Shown: positions 11,250 through 20,585, counted from the first letter of the stretch. The stretch is 21,684 bases of DNA from a bacterium (GCA_041739675.1 JBGSNL010000074.1:1-21684); one strand, 5' to 3'. Program-made: numbers and translations. The notes: generated from the letters alone by a model not told the origin.

Positions 11250-11992
11250 TCATTCTGAAATCCCGCGACGAGATTGAGTCGATGAGAAGATCGAATCGGA
11301 TCGCGGCTGAAGTGATGACGCATTTAACCGAGCTCGTTCGCCCGGGCGTCACCACCGCAGAGCTTGACCGCGTGGCGGAAGCTCTAATTTGCAACCGCGG
11401 CGCGAAGCCCGCGTTCAAAGGGTATCAGGGCTACCAGCACACGCTTTGCGTTTCGATAAACGAAGAGGTCGTGCACGGCATCCCTGGTTCACGCGAACTC
11501 AAGGCTGGCGACATCGTAGGGATAGATTGCGGGATCTTGCTGAATGATTTTTACGGCGACCATGCGTGGAGCTTTCCGGTGGGTGCGGTGAGCGAAGGAG
11601 CGAAAAAACTTCTCGCCGCAACGCAGGAAGCGCTCTCGAAAGGGATCGAGGCCGCAACCGCCAAGAACAGGCTCTACGATATTTCGGCGGCGATAGAGAA
11701 AGTTGCGGAGGGTGCGGGTTTTTCGGTCGTCAGAGATTATGTCGGCCACGGTATCGGAAGATCGCTCCACGAAGATCCCCAGATACCGAATTTCGGCGAG
11801 GCCGGAACGGGAATGAAGCTCAGGCCCGGTCTTGTGATAGCTCTGGAGCCGATGCTCAACGAGGGAACGTACGAGGTTGAGGTTCTGGCGGACGGTTGGA
11901 CGGTCGTCACGAAAGATAGAAAGCTTTCGGCTCACATGGAGCACACGATCGCAATAACGGAAAAGGGACCGGAGATTTTAAGCAGGTTATAA
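11246..11992 (+). CDS. map: Methionine aminopeptidase type I
   Basis: [35 protein letters not shown]. Confidence 0.98.
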   Translation: MIILKSRDEIESMRRSNRIAAEVMTHLTELVRPGVTTAELDRVAEALICNRGAKPAFKGYQGYQHTLCVSINEEVVHGIPGSRELKAGDIVGIDCGILLNDFYGDHAWSFPVGAVSEGAKKLLAATQEALSKGIEAATAKNRLYDISAAIEKVAEGAGFSVVRDYVGHGIGRSLHEDPQIPNFGEAGTGMKLRPGLVIALEPMLNEGTYEVEVLADGWTVVTKDRKLSAHMEHTIAITEKGPEILSRL

Positions 11993-11993
11993 G

Positions 11994-12212
11994 ATGCCCA
12001 AAGAAGAGGCGATACAGGTCGAAGGAAAGGTGCTGGAGACGCTCCCGAACGCAATGTTCAGGGTCGAGCTCCCGAACGGCCACAAAGTTCTGGCGCACGT
12101 CTCGGGCAAGATGAGGATGCACTTTATAAAGATACTGCCGGGCGACACTGTAACAATCGAGCTTTCGCCATACGATTTGACAAGAGGCCGTATCATTTAC
12201 AGGACGAAATAA
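11994..12212 (+). CDS. infA: Translation initiation factor IF-1
   Basis: [40 protein letters not shown]. Confidence 0.99.
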   Translation: MPKEEAIQVEGKVLETLPNAMFRVELPNGHKVLAHVSGKMRMHFIKILPGDTVTIELSPYDLTRGRIIYRTK

Positions 12213-12238
12213 ATCAGGGCTGAGACAGAGGTGTTGTT

Positions 12239-12352
12239 ATGAAAGTGAGATCATCGGTAAGGAAAATTTGTGCTAAATGCAAAATCGTGAAGCGGAAAGG
12301 GGTCGTCAGAGTCATCTGCGAAAACCCGAAGCACCGCCAGAGGCAGGGATAA
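12239..12352 (+). CDS. rpmJ: 50S ribosomal protein L36 (zinc-ribbon form); missed by ORF track
   Basis: Manual translation [37 protein letters not shown] (37 aa); GAGGTG SD upstream. Confidence 0.98.
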   Translation: MKVRSSVRKICAKCKIVKRKGVVRVICENPKHRQRQG

Positions 12353-12385
12353 TAACGGTTCACGATACACGTTAAGGAGTGAAGT

Positions 12386-12772
12386 ATGCCACGTATAGCA
12401 GGTGTTGATATTCCGGCAAAGAAGCGCATGGTCGTCGCGCTCACCTATGTCTATGGGATCGGCCGGAACACGTCCGAAAAGATCCTGAAAACGGCCGGTA
12501 TAGACGAAAGCCTCCGCGCGGAGAACTTGTCGGAGGGAGATCTTGCCAGGATCCGCGAGATCATCGACGCGCAGTATAAAGTGGAAGGCGATCTAAGGCG
12601 CGAGATCCAGGGAAACATCAAGAGGCTGAAGGATCTGGGAGCCTATCGCGGACTGCGCCACATAAGAAACCTTCCCTGCCGCGGGCAGCGCACGCACACG
12701 AACGCGCGCACGCGCAAGGGCCGCAAGCGCATAGCGATTGCAGGCAAGAAGGAAGCAAAGGCACCTACGTAA
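12386..12772 (+). CDS. rpsM: 30S ribosomal protein S13
   Basis: [48 protein letters not shown]. Confidence 0.99.
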   Translation: MPRIAGVDIPAKKRMVVALTYVYGIGRNTSEKILKTAGIDESLRAENLSEGDLARIREIIDAQYKVEGDLRREIQGNIKRLKDLGAYRGLRHIRNLPCRGQRTHTNARTRKGRKRIAIAGKKEAKAPT

Positions 12773-12774
12773 TG

Positions 12775-12809
12775 GTGAAAAGTGCAAAGCAAAAAATTCA
12801 AAGTTAAGA
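12775..12809. repeat. Degenerate 7-nt-period A-rich tandem tract between rpsM and rpsK
   Basis: gtgaaaa gtgcaaa gcaaaaa attcaaa gttaaga. Confidence 0.55.
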
Positions 12810-12825
12810 AATTTTGGAGGAATTA

Positions 12826-13263
12826 ATGGCAACAGAAGTCGAGAAAAAAGAAGCGGGAGCGCCCGTTGAAAAAGCGGAAGCGAAACCAAAAAAAGCAAAA
12901 AAGCGCACGAAGAAAAGCGTGCCTGTAGGCATCGTGCACATTCAGTCTTCTTTCAACAACACGATCGTCACGGTCACCGATACGCAGGGCAATACGATCG
13001 CGTGGTCGACGGCCGGAACAAAGGGCTTCAAGGGCTCGCGCAAGGGCACTCCTTTCGCGGCGCAGCTGGCCACAGAAGACGCGGTGAAGAAGGCGATGGA
13101 TCACGGTATGCGCTCGGTCGCGGTCATCGTGAGAGGGCCCGGCGCCGGACGCGAATCGGCTCTTCGCTCGCTGCAGAAGACAGGCATCAGGGTTGCTTCA
13201 ATAAGGGACATGACGCCGATACCGCATAACGGCTGCCGTCCCCCGAAGAGGAGAAGAGTGTAA
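12826..13263 (+). CDS. rpsK: 30S ribosomal protein S11 (ATG 12826; extended charged N-terminus)
   Basis: [49 protein letters not shown] at 12816-12820. Confidence 0.98.
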   Translation: MATEVEKKEAGAPVEKAEAKPKKAKKRTKKSVPVGIVHIQSSFNNTIVTVTDTQGNTIAWSTAGTKGFKGSRKGTPFAAQLATEDAVKKAMDHGMRSVAVIVRGPGAGRESALRSLQKTGIRVASIRDMTPIPHNGCRPPKRRRV

Positions 13264-13889
13264 TGGCAAGATATCATGAAGCAGTTTGCAGACAGTGCCG
13301 CAGGGAAGGTATGAAACTCTTTCTCAAAGGCGACAGATGTATGACCGACAAGTGCGCCGTTGAAAGACGCACCTACGCGCCGGGCCAGCACGGCCAGAGA
13401 AGGGGAAAACTTTCCGAGTACGGCTCCCAGCTGCGAGAAAAACAGCGCGCGAAGAGGATGTACGGTCTTCTCGAACGCCAATTCAGAAAGTCCTTCTTCG
13501 AGGCCGACCGCCAGAAGGGAATCACAGGCGACAACCTCATTCTCCTTCTCGAGCGCAGACTCGACAACATGGTCTACAGGCTGGGCTTTGCAAGCTCGCG
13601 TGCGCAGGCCAGACAGCTCATAGACCAGAATCACTTCACTGTGAACGGAAAGCGCGTCAATATCGCATCCTACCTCGTGAGGCAGGGCGACACGATCGCG
13701 GTCCAGGAAAAGAGCAAGAAGGTGAAGGCGATAGCGGAAGCGCTCGAAGGCGTCGACAGGCGCGGTGTTCCGGAATGGCTTCTTCTCGAAAAGGAAAAGT
13801 TCTCTGGAAAAATCATGGCGCTGCCGGCACGCGAACAGATCACAGTGCCGCTTCGCGAACATTTGATCGTCGAATTGTATTCAAAATAG
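13263..13889 (+). CDS. rpsD: 30S ribosomal protein S4 (Cys-containing zinc form)
   Basis: [45 protein letters not shown]. Confidence 0.99.
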   Translation: MARYHEAVCRQCRREGMKLFLKGDRCMTDKCAVERRTYAPGQHGQRRGKLSEYGSQLREKQRAKRMYGLLERQFRKSFFEADRQKGITGDNLILLLERRLDNMVYRLGFASSRAQARQLIDQNHFTVNGKRVNIASYLVRQGDTIAVQEKSKKVKAIAEALEGVDRRGVPEWLLLEKEKFSGKIMALPAREQITVPLREHLIVELYSK

Positions 13890-13899
13890 TGGAGGTAAC

Positions 13900-14910
13900 A
13901 TGTATCGTAACTGGCAACGCCTTATACGTCCAAGGGTGCTCGAGTTTGACAAGTCCGAGCTTACGAATACTTACGGCAAATTCACGGCCCGCCCGCTCGA
14001 ACGCGGATTCGGCATCACGCTGGGCAATTCGCTCCGGCGCATCCTTCTGTCGTCGCTGCAGGGCGCAGCCGTCACGTCGGTGCGTTTCGAGGGCGTACCC
14101 CACGAATTCTCGACGATCCCGGGAGTCGTGGAAGACGTCACGGATCTCGTCCTCAACATCAAGCAGTTGAGGCTCAAACTCCACGAGGGAGACAGCGATG
14201 TCATGCATCTGGACGTCTCCGGCGAACGCGTCGTGACCGCGAAGGATCTCAAAACCTCCTCGCGCATCACGATTCTGAACCCTGATCTTCACCTGGCTAC
14301 GCTGACCGGCGAAGGCAAGATGAAGGCCGATCTGGTTGTCCGCCTCGGCAAGGGCTATGTTTCGGCCGAGCTCAACAAGCTGCCGGAAGATCCCATCGGC
14401 ACGATTGCCGTGGACTCCATATTCTCGCCCGTCACGCGCTGCAATTACAACGTCACGAATGCCCGCGTGGGCCAGCGCACGGACTATGACAGGCTGGCGA
14501 TGGAGATCTGGACCGACGGCTCCGTGAAGCCCGACGATGCCATCGCATACGCGGCAAAAATTTTAAAAGAGCAGCTCCAGATATTCATCAATTTCGAGGA
14601 GCTTCCCGAACCGGTGGCCATGGAAGTCGCGGCAGAGAAGCCCAAGCTCAACGAGAACCTCTACCGCCGCGTGGACGAGCTGGAGCTTTCTGTGCGCTCG
14701 GCCAACTGCCTGCAGAACGCCAATATCAAATACATCGGCGAGCTCTGCCAGAAGACCGAAGCGGAGATGCTCAAGACCAAAAATTTCGGACGCAAGTCCT
14801 TAAACGAGATCAAATCGATGCTCACTGAGATGGGCCTGGAGCTCGGGATGAAGTTAGACGGTTTCAACCCGACCGACGCCGAAAAATTCAGACCGAAGGA
14901 TATAGAATAG
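13900..14910 (+). CDS. rpoA: DNA-directed RNA polymerase subunit alpha
   Basis: [61 protein letters not shown]. Confidence 0.99.
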   Translation: MYRNWQRLIRPRVLEFDKSELTNTYGKFTARPLERGFGITLGNSLRRILLSSLQGAAVTSVRFEGVPHEFSTIPGVVEDVTDLVLNIKQLRLKLHEGDSDVMHLDVSGERVVTAKDLKTSSRITILNPDLHLATLTGEGKMKADLVVRLGKGYVSAELNKLPEDPIGTIAVDSIFSPVTRCNYNVTNARVGQRTDYDRLAMEIWTDGSVKPDDAIAYAAKILKEQLQIFINFEELPEPVAMEVAAEKPKLNENLYRRVDELELSVRSANCLQNANIKYIGELCQKTEAEMLKTKNFGRKSLNEIKSMLTEMGLELGMKLDGFNPTDAEKFRPKDIE

Positions 14911-14925
14911 TTTGGAGGCTGTAAA

Positions 14926-15489
14926 ATGAGACACCATATGGCGGAAAGAAAACTCGGAATGAAAACGGCGCACAGGCTGGCAACGCTTGCCAATCTCGCC
15001 TGCTCGCTCATTCTTCATGACAAGATAGCGACAACGCTTCCCAAGGCGAAGGAGCTGAGACCCATAGCCGAGCGCATAGTCACCCTTTGCAAACGCGGAA
15101 CGGTACATGCGAGGCGCCGCGCGAGGCAGATTCTCCGCAACCGCGAGGCCGTGCAGAAGGCGTTCGGCGATTTCAAAGAACGCTTCGCGGACAGGCAGGG
15201 AGGCTACACGAGAATTTTGAAGCTTGGATATCGCCACGGCGATTCATCGCCCATGGCCATCATAGAATATATCCCCTCGCCCAAGATGATAGAGAAGGCT
15301 GAGGCCGAAGCGGCCAAGAAGACGAAGAAGGCGGAAAAGGGAGTCAAGAAGGCCGCCTCATCGCTCAAGGAAAAGTTCTTCAAGAAAGCGGCGCCGAAGA
15401 CACTCAAGGAAGGCCCGGCCGAGAAGTATTTCGGAAAGAAGGGCGCGCCGCGCAAAGCGCCGCAGCAGAGGGCCAAGAAAGAGGCGTGA
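14926..15489 (+). CDS. rplQ: 50S ribosomal protein L17 with ~65-aa Lys/Ala-rich C-terminal tail
   Basis: MRH...[38 protein letters not shown]. Confidence 0.98.
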   Translation: MRHHMAERKLGMKTAHRLATLANLACSLILHDKIATTLPKAKELRPIAERIVTLCKRGTVHARRRARQILRNREAVQKAFGDFKERFADRQGGYTRILKLGYRHGDSSPMAIIEYIPSPKMIEKAEAEAAKKTKKAEKGVKKAASSLKEKFFKKAAPKTLKEGPAEKYFGKKGAPRKAPQQRAKKEA

Positions 15490-15989
15490 AGAAAAGATAT
15501 CTGATTGCAATAGTGATCGCCGGCATCATTTTGATAGTGATGTCGGCGATCCATTTTTTTGAGCGTCCCAGAACTGGCGACGTTGCCCCCGCCTTCACGC
15601 TCAAGGACACGGCGGGCGGACAGGTGTCGCTCGACAGCGCGAAGGGAAAGCTTGTGCTATTGCACTTCTGGTCGACATGGTGCGGCGCCTGCCTCAGTGA
15701 AATTCCAACGATCGGGAAGCTCCACGATGAGTTCAAGGGCAAGGGAGTCGCCGTACTGACGGTTCTTGTGGACGACGACGGAAGAGATCTTGCGGACATA
15801 GCAAGGAGAACTCCGATCAACTATCCGGTCCTTCTCGATCCCAAAGGGGAAACGGCGGATTCATATCAGGTATGGGGAGTGCCTGAAACGTTCATTATCG
15901 ACAGGGCCGGCGTCATCCTCGATCGCACTGCCGCGACGTTGAACTACGCCGAAACGAAAAAATTCCTCGAAGCCCGACTCGCCCGCTAG
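15486..15989 (+). CDS. TlpA/ResA-like membrane-anchored thiol-disulfide oxidoreductase (redoxin)
   Basis: N-terminal hydrophobic anchor; APAFTL; VLLHFWSTWCGAC (WCxxC); GVPETFIIDR cis-Pro loop; GTGA overlap with rplQ stop. Confidence 0.9.
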   Translation: MKKRYLIAIVIAGIILIVMSAIHFFERPRTGDVAPAFTLKDTAGGQVSLDSAKGKLVLLHFWSTWCGACLSEIPTIGKLHDEFKGKGVAVLTVLVDDDGRDLADIARRTPINYPVLLDPKGETADSYQVWGVPETFIIDRAGVILDRTAATLNYAETKKFLEARLAR

Positions 15990-16642
15990 CTTGTCTCCAT
16001 CCTCACGTAGATCTCTTTTGCGATCTCGCGATCTACCGCGAACTGTGTCTCGCCCAGCTGGAAAAGATGGGAAGGGAAGCTTGAAAGTAGTCTTATCCGC
16101 GCGCCCGGGGCCAGCCCCATCGACAGCATCATCTGCGCGCGTTTGGGGTCGGCCGTGTTGAGATAGGCCACGTGGCCGCCCTGTCCCGGCTTCAATGCGG
16201 ATAGCGACGAGACCGCTTGTGCCGCAACTTTCAACTGCTCCTTGCAGCATTTTCCCGGCGGTATCGGGCGTCCGTGGGGGCAGGTCTTGGGATGGCCCAG
16301 AAGGGTGCAGACGTTCTGGTCGATCCCCTTGTGGAGATGGTGCTCGAACTGGCAGGCAGTTTCGTGGATCATCTCTTTCCTGACTTGCAAGACGTCGGTT
16401 AGAAGCCTCTCTGCCAGACGGTGTCTTCTCACGGCGTCGCTGGCCAGTTGCTCTCCCTTCTTTGTCATTTTCACTTCGCCTTCGCCGCAGCGTTCGACTA
16501 TCTTGCGGTCGAGGAGCGCTTTCAACATTGCGGTGTCGGGCATTTCCCGGAGCCATGAGAGTTTCAGACAGTCCGTGTTTTTCTCCTCGTACGCGACCCA
16601 GAGCGCTTCCAAAATTTCTTCCATCTGTTCTGAAATCTGCAT
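15986..16642 (-). CDS. DtxR/MntR-family metal-binding protein with C-terminal FeoA (SH3-like) domain
   Basis: RRHRLAERLL, IHETACQFEH, GHPKTCPHGRPIP; C-terminal LSALKPGQGG...LSMGLAPGARI FeoA pattern; AAAGGCGG SD. Confidence 0.9.
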   Translation of the reverse strand: MQISEQMEEILEALWVAYEEKNTDCLKLSWLREMPDTAMLKALLDRKIVERCGEGEVKMTKKGEQLASDAVRRHRLAERLLTDVLQVRKEMIHETACQFEHHLHKGIDQNVCTLLGHPKTCPHGRPIPPGKCCKEQLKVAAQAVSSLSALKPGQGGHVAYLNTADPKRAQMMLSMGLAPGARIRLLSSFPSHLFQLGETQFAVDREIAKEIYVRMETS

Positions 16643-16655
16643 GGAGCCGCCTTTC

Positions 16656-18425
16656 TTATAAATTTATGTCGAAGAGTCTCAATGCGCTATTCAGGACGAA
16701 ACCCGCCGCAAACGCGAAGACGAGTATGAACGTCGATATCGCCGCCGCGATTTTCCATCCGCGCTCCTTTATCGTGATGAGAAGCTGCGCTATGCACGGC
16801 AAAAAAAGAGTCAGTACCACGACCGATATCAGGATCTGATTGCCGCTCAAAACGTTCGTGCGGGCCAAATCGTAAAGGCCGGCCGCGCCGTAGTCGCGCC
16901 TGAAAAAACCGAAGAGAAAGACCGGGGCCGTGGGCTCGGGCAAACCCATGTATGAGAGTGGCTTTGCAAGGAACCCGACAACGGTCTCAAAGACTCCCGT
17001 CAGCCGGCCGAGCCATATGAGTATGCTGGCGATGATGAAAAGCGGAACGATCTCTTTGAAATACCACACCATGCGGACATACGTTTTAACGAGGATGTTT
17101 TTGAGCTTGGGCAGCCGCATAGGAGGTACTTCGATGATGAAGGTGGGGCGCGTGCCCGGCATTATCTTCGCCAACATCGTGCCCGTGAGACCGAAGATCG
17201 CGGCGATGATGATCGCCCACAGCGCGAGGATTTTGGGCCTTCCCGCAAGAAGACCCAGAATGACCCCCATCTGCGCGGAGCATGGGATGGTCAGCGAAAG
17301 GAGGAGGGTGGCGATGATCCTTTCGCGTTTCGTTGCGAGCGTCCGCACGACCATAGTTGCCATAGTGTCGCAGCCCAGCCCCAGGACCATGGGGATCACG
17401 GCGCGGCCGGAAAGTCCTATCCGCTTGAAGATTGAATCCAAAAGGTAGGCAAGCCGCGGCAGATAGCCCGAATCCTCGATGACCGCGAATACGAGGAAGA
17501 ACAGACCCACGATCGGGAGAATAATGCACAGGGCGTATCTGACGCCGAGGGTCAAAATTCCGTACTCTCCCGCGAAAAGATCCCTCAGCCACGGCCATTT
17601 AGCATATGTGTAGACGATCTCAGTGAGCCATGGGGTGATGCGGTGCTGGTAGGCGTTCTCCAGAAAACCCACAAATGTGCCCGCGCCCAAGGACCCCACG
17701 ATCTTGTAAAGGCCCACGTAGAGCACGGCTGCAAGGATCAAAAACCCGCTGACCGGAGAGGTGAGAAGTTTGTCCAGACGGGAGAGCCCCTTTTGCTTTT
17801 CCGTTTTCCGAGTTACGCCGATCGCAATCTCGGAGGCCTTCGTGTACCAGCTCTTCATCATGCGGTCGGTGTAGGGCGGGAACTCCTCAGCGGTCGGAGG
17901 CCAGGCGGTCGCGGCCCCGGTCAACGCTGTTTTTATTTGATCTACAAGACGGCCGGTCCCCTGATTATTCACTGCTACGGTGGCGGCAATGGGGAGATTC
18001 AGTTTTTCAGAGAGGGCGGAAATGTCAATTGCCGCGCCCATGAGGGTAAGCTCGTCGTACATGTTCAAGGCGAGGATCACCGGGCGGTTTGTCATTTGCA
18101 GCTGGAAGGTGAGGGGAAGGCTGCGCTCCAGATTTTTTGCGTCGATGACGTGAACAATGACGCTGTGGCTCTCCTTCTTTATGATCCCCAGCGTGACACG
18201 CTCCTCCTCCGTCACGGGGTAGATGCTGTATAGGCCGGGGGTGTCGATCACCTCGCAGCTTTTGCCCCCAATCTTCATGTGTCCGCGTGAAACCTCAACT
18301 GTCGTGCCGGGATAGTTGGAGACCGTTGCGTACCTTCCCGTCAGAAGGCCGAATATAACGCTCTTGCCGACATTTGGGCTACCTACGAGGATTATCTTTG
18401 GGTTTGCACTTCCTGCAGTATCCAT
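16656..18425 (-). CDS. feoB: Ferrous iron transporter FeoB (compact, ~589 aa; likely start ATG 18425)
   Basis: G1 GSPNVGKS, G2 VSNYPGTTV, G3 DTPG, G4 NMYD; EDSGYLPR, GLGC, IPCSAQ, LFLPC gate motifs. Confidence 0.95.
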   Translation of the reverse strand: MDTAGSANPKIILVGSPNVGKSVIFGLLTGRYATVSNYPGTTVEVSRGHMKIGGKSCEVIDTPGLYSIYPVTEEERVTLGIIKKESHSVIVHVIDAKNLERSLPLTFQLQMTNRPVILALNMYDELTLMGAAIDISALSEKLNLPIAATVAVNNQGTGRLVDQIKTALTGAATAWPPTAEEFPPYTDRMMKSWYTKASEIAIGVTRKTEKQKGLSRLDKLLTSPVSGFLILAAVLYVGLYKIVGSLGAGTFVGFLENAYQHRITPWLTEIVYTYAKWPWLRDLFAGEYGILTLGVRYALCIILPIVGLFFLVFAVIEDSGYLPRLAYLLDSIFKRIGLSGRAVIPMVLGLGCDTMATMVVRTLATKRERIIATLLLSLTIPCSAQMGVILGLLAGRPKILALWAIIIAAIFGLTGTMLAKIMPGTRPTFIIEVPPMRLPKLKNILVKTYVRMVWYFKEIVPLFIIASILIWLGRLTGVFETVVGFLAKPLSYMGLPEPTAPVFLFGFFRRDYGAAGLYDLARTNVLSGNQILISVVVLTLFLPCIAQLLITIKERGWKIAAAISTFILVFAFAAGFVLNSALRLFDINL

Positions 18426-18804
18426 AGATCTCAAGTTTATGTGACGTGATGGAAAAGTCGTGCAGCGCGGCCACATGCCTCTGCATCTCCTCAATTTTTG
18501 GATTCACGAATTCGAACAGCCCTCCGCACTTGACGCAAATGAGATGATCGTGATGCTTCTTCACGCCGATGTACTCGTATCTGGTGAATCCGTCGTGGAA
18601 CTTCTTTGATTCGGCGATGCCCGATTGCTCGAGGAGCTTCAGGGCCCTCCAGACCGTGGTGTAACCGATTTTGGGATCGATCTTTTTCACGCGCTCGTAG
18701 AGCTCATCCACGGTCATGTGCCCGGAGGCGGCGGTGAAAGCCTCCAGGACCGCATTCCTCCTCTTGCTGCTCTTTGAAGCGAGGCCTTTGAGATCTTCTT
18801 TCAT
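18379..18804 (-). CDS. fur: Fur-family transcriptional repressor
   Basis: IGYTTVWRALKLL, RYE, HHDHLICVKCG, HKLEIYGYCRKC. Confidence 0.93.
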   Translation of the reverse strand: MKEDLKGLASKSSKRRNAVLEAFTAASGHMTVDELYERVKKIDPKIGYTTVWRALKLLEQSGIAESKKFHDGFTRYEYIGVKKHHDHLICVKCGGLFEFVNPKIEEMQRHVAALHDFSITSHKLEIYGYCRKCKPKDNPRR

Positions 18805-18809
18805 ATAAG

Positions 18810-18834
18810 GAAAATGAAACCCATTTTCATTATC
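18810..18834. promoter_or_regulatory. Fur-box-like inverted repeat upstream of fur-feoB operon
   Basis: gaaaatgaaa-cccat-tttcattatc (arms 9/10 complementary); minus strand GATAATGAAAATGGGTTTC matches 14/19 of GATAATGATAATCATTATC. Confidence 0.75.
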
Positions 18835-18841
18835 TTGTCAA
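18814..18841 (-). promoter_or_regulatory. Putative sigma70 promoter of fur-feoB-dtxR operon
   Basis: Perfect TTGACA at 18841-18836, 16-nt spacer, weak -10 TTTCAT at 18819-18814; overlaps the Fur box. Confidence 0.55.
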
Positions 18842-18894
18842 GGGGCAATTGGTGCTTGCAGCTCTCAGGTCTCCTTTGTAAGTAAAAAGACTGG

Positions 18895-18919
18895 GCCCGC
18901 CACTGAAACGCCGGCGGGC
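18895..18919. repeat. GC-rich hairpin (GCCCGCC...GGCGGGC family, copy 2) directly before hutU SD
   Basis: gcccgcc 18895-18901 / ggcgggc 18913-18919, 11-nt loop, followed by AGGAGG 18921-18926. Confidence 0.7.
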
Positions 18920-18932
18920 GAGGAGGCAGATG

Positions 18933-20585
18933 ATGGAACCCATTCACGCCCCGCGGGGAACGAAACTCACATGCAAAGGCTGGGTGCAGGAAGCGGCGAT
19001 GAGGATGCTGATGAACAACCTCGATGCCGAGGTAGCGGAGCGCCCTGAAGAGCTGGTCGTCTACGGCGGGCGCGGCAAGGCGGCGCGTGACTGGAAATCA
19101 TATAATCTCATCATAGAAACGTTGAAGAAGCTCACCGATAACGAAACCCTTCTTGTCCAGTCTGGCAAGCCCGTGGGCGTTTTAGACAGCCATCCCGATG
19201 CCCCGCGCGTTATCATCGCCAACTCGAACCTTGTGGGCAAATGGGCCACGTGGGAGTACTTCTGGGAGCTGGAGAAAAAGGGGCTCATGATGTACGGCCA
19301 GATGACGGCCGGTTCGTGGATATATATAGGAACGCAAGGGATCCTTCAGGGGACATACGAGACCTTCGCCTCCGCAGGGAAGAAACACTACAAGGGCGAC
19401 TTGACTGGCAGATGGATCCTCTCCGCCGGACTTGGCGGAATGGGAGGGGCGCAACCCTTGGCGGCCACAATGAACGGGGCGGTTTTCTTAGGGATTGAGG
19501 TGGATCAGGAGAGAATCGATAAAAGGCTCAAAACCAAGTACTTAGACGTGCAAGCTAAAGATTTAGATGATGCTTTAAAGCTCATCGATAAGGCATTGAA
19601 AAATAAGCGGTCTTTGTCGATCGGCCTCTGCGCCAATGCGGCGGACATATATCCTGAACTTATAAAGCGCGGGATAAAGCCGGATCTGGTCACCGACCAG
19701 ACCTCGGCCCATGATCCTCTCAATGGTTATGTCCCGAACCGGATGACTCTTTCACAGGCGATAGAGCTCAGGAAGAAGGATCCGCAGGCATATCTGAAAG
19801 AGTCTTACCGTGCGATGGGAGAGCATGTAGAAGCCATGATCGCGATGTGCAAGGCGGGAATTCCGGTCTTCGATTACGGAAACAATATCCGTGCGCAGGC
19901 GATGGAGCATGCTGGCGTGAAAGACGCAATGATCTTCCCCGGTTTCGTGCCTGCCTATATCAGGCCGCTATTCTGCGAAGGGAAGGGCCCATTCCGTTGG
20001 GTGGCGCTGTCAGGGGAGCCCTCCGATATTTTGGAGACCGATCGGGCGATAATGAATCTCTTCCCCGACAACGAACCCTTGAAGCGCTGGCTCAAGATGG
20101 CGCAAGAGAAGGTAAAATTTCAGGGTCTGCCCGCGCGCATCTGCTGGCTGGGATATGGCGAGCGTGAAAAGGCGGGGCTTGCGTTCAACGAACTTGTGAG
20201 AAAGGGCAAAGTGAAGGCGCCGATTGTAATAGGGCGCGATCATTTAGACTGTGGCTCGGTCGCATCCCCAATGCGCGAAACGGAAGCGATGAAAGACGGA
20301 AGCGATGCGGTAGCGGACTGGCCGATCCTCAATGCGCTGATCAACGCGGTAAACGGGGCATCGTGGGTAAGTTTCCATCAGGGCGGAGGAGTGGGAATGG
20401 GATATTCGCTCCATGCGGGGCAAGTAATAGTAGCGGATGGAACCGATGAGGCGGCAAAACGGATCGAACGAGTCTTACGAAGCGATCCAGCAATGGGGAT
20501 CTTGCGCCACGCAGACGCCGGCTACGAAGAAGCGATCACGGTGGCAAAAGAGCGGCACGTCAAAATCCCGGGGCTGACGTACTAG
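18933..20585 (+). CDS. hutU: Urocanate hydratase (start ATG 18933 or 18930)
   Basis: [71 protein letters not shown] spacing favours 18933. Confidence 0.98.
   Translation: MEPIHAPRGTKLTCKGWVQEAAMRMLMNNLDAEVAERPEELVVYGGRGKAARDWKSYNLIIETLKKLTDNETLLVQSGKPVGVLDSHPDAPRVIIANSNLVGKWATWEYFWELEKKGLMMYGQMTAGSWIYIGTQGILQGTYETFASAGKKHYKGDLTGRWILSAGLGGMGGAQPLAATMNGAVFLGIEVDQERIDKRLKTKYLDVQAKDLDDALKLIDKALKNKRSLSIGLCANAADIYPELIKRGIKPDLVTDQTSAHDPLNGYVPNRMTLSQAIELRKKDPQAYLKESYRAMGEHVEAMIAMCKAGIPVFDYGNNIRAQAMEHAGVKDAMIFPGFVPAYIRPLFCEGKGPFRWVALSGEPSDILETDRAIMNLFPDNEPLKRWLKMAQEKVKFQGLPARICWLGYGEREKAGLAFNELVRKGKVKAPIVIGRDHLDCGSVASPMRETEAMKDGSDAVADWPILNALINAVNGASWVSFHQGGGVGMGYSLHAGQVIVADGTDEAAKRIERVLRSDPAMGILRHADAGYEEAITVAKERHVKIPGLTY

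Noticed and set aside
12353..12385. taacg...cgtta stem before rpsM as an S4-type regulatory structure
   Set aside because: Only a 5-bp stem, which could arise by chance. No pseudoknot can be supported.
147..15820. Many long antisense and alternative-frame ORFs over ribosomal genes (e.g. 697-1494, 9356-10144, 13101-13862)
   Set aside because: Shadow ORFs of GC-rich conserved genes with no recognisable motifs.
18856..18884. Possible hutU promoter TTGCAG-17-TAAGTA
   Set aside because: The -10 match is poor (lacks the conserved final T), so it cannot be supported from sequence alone.
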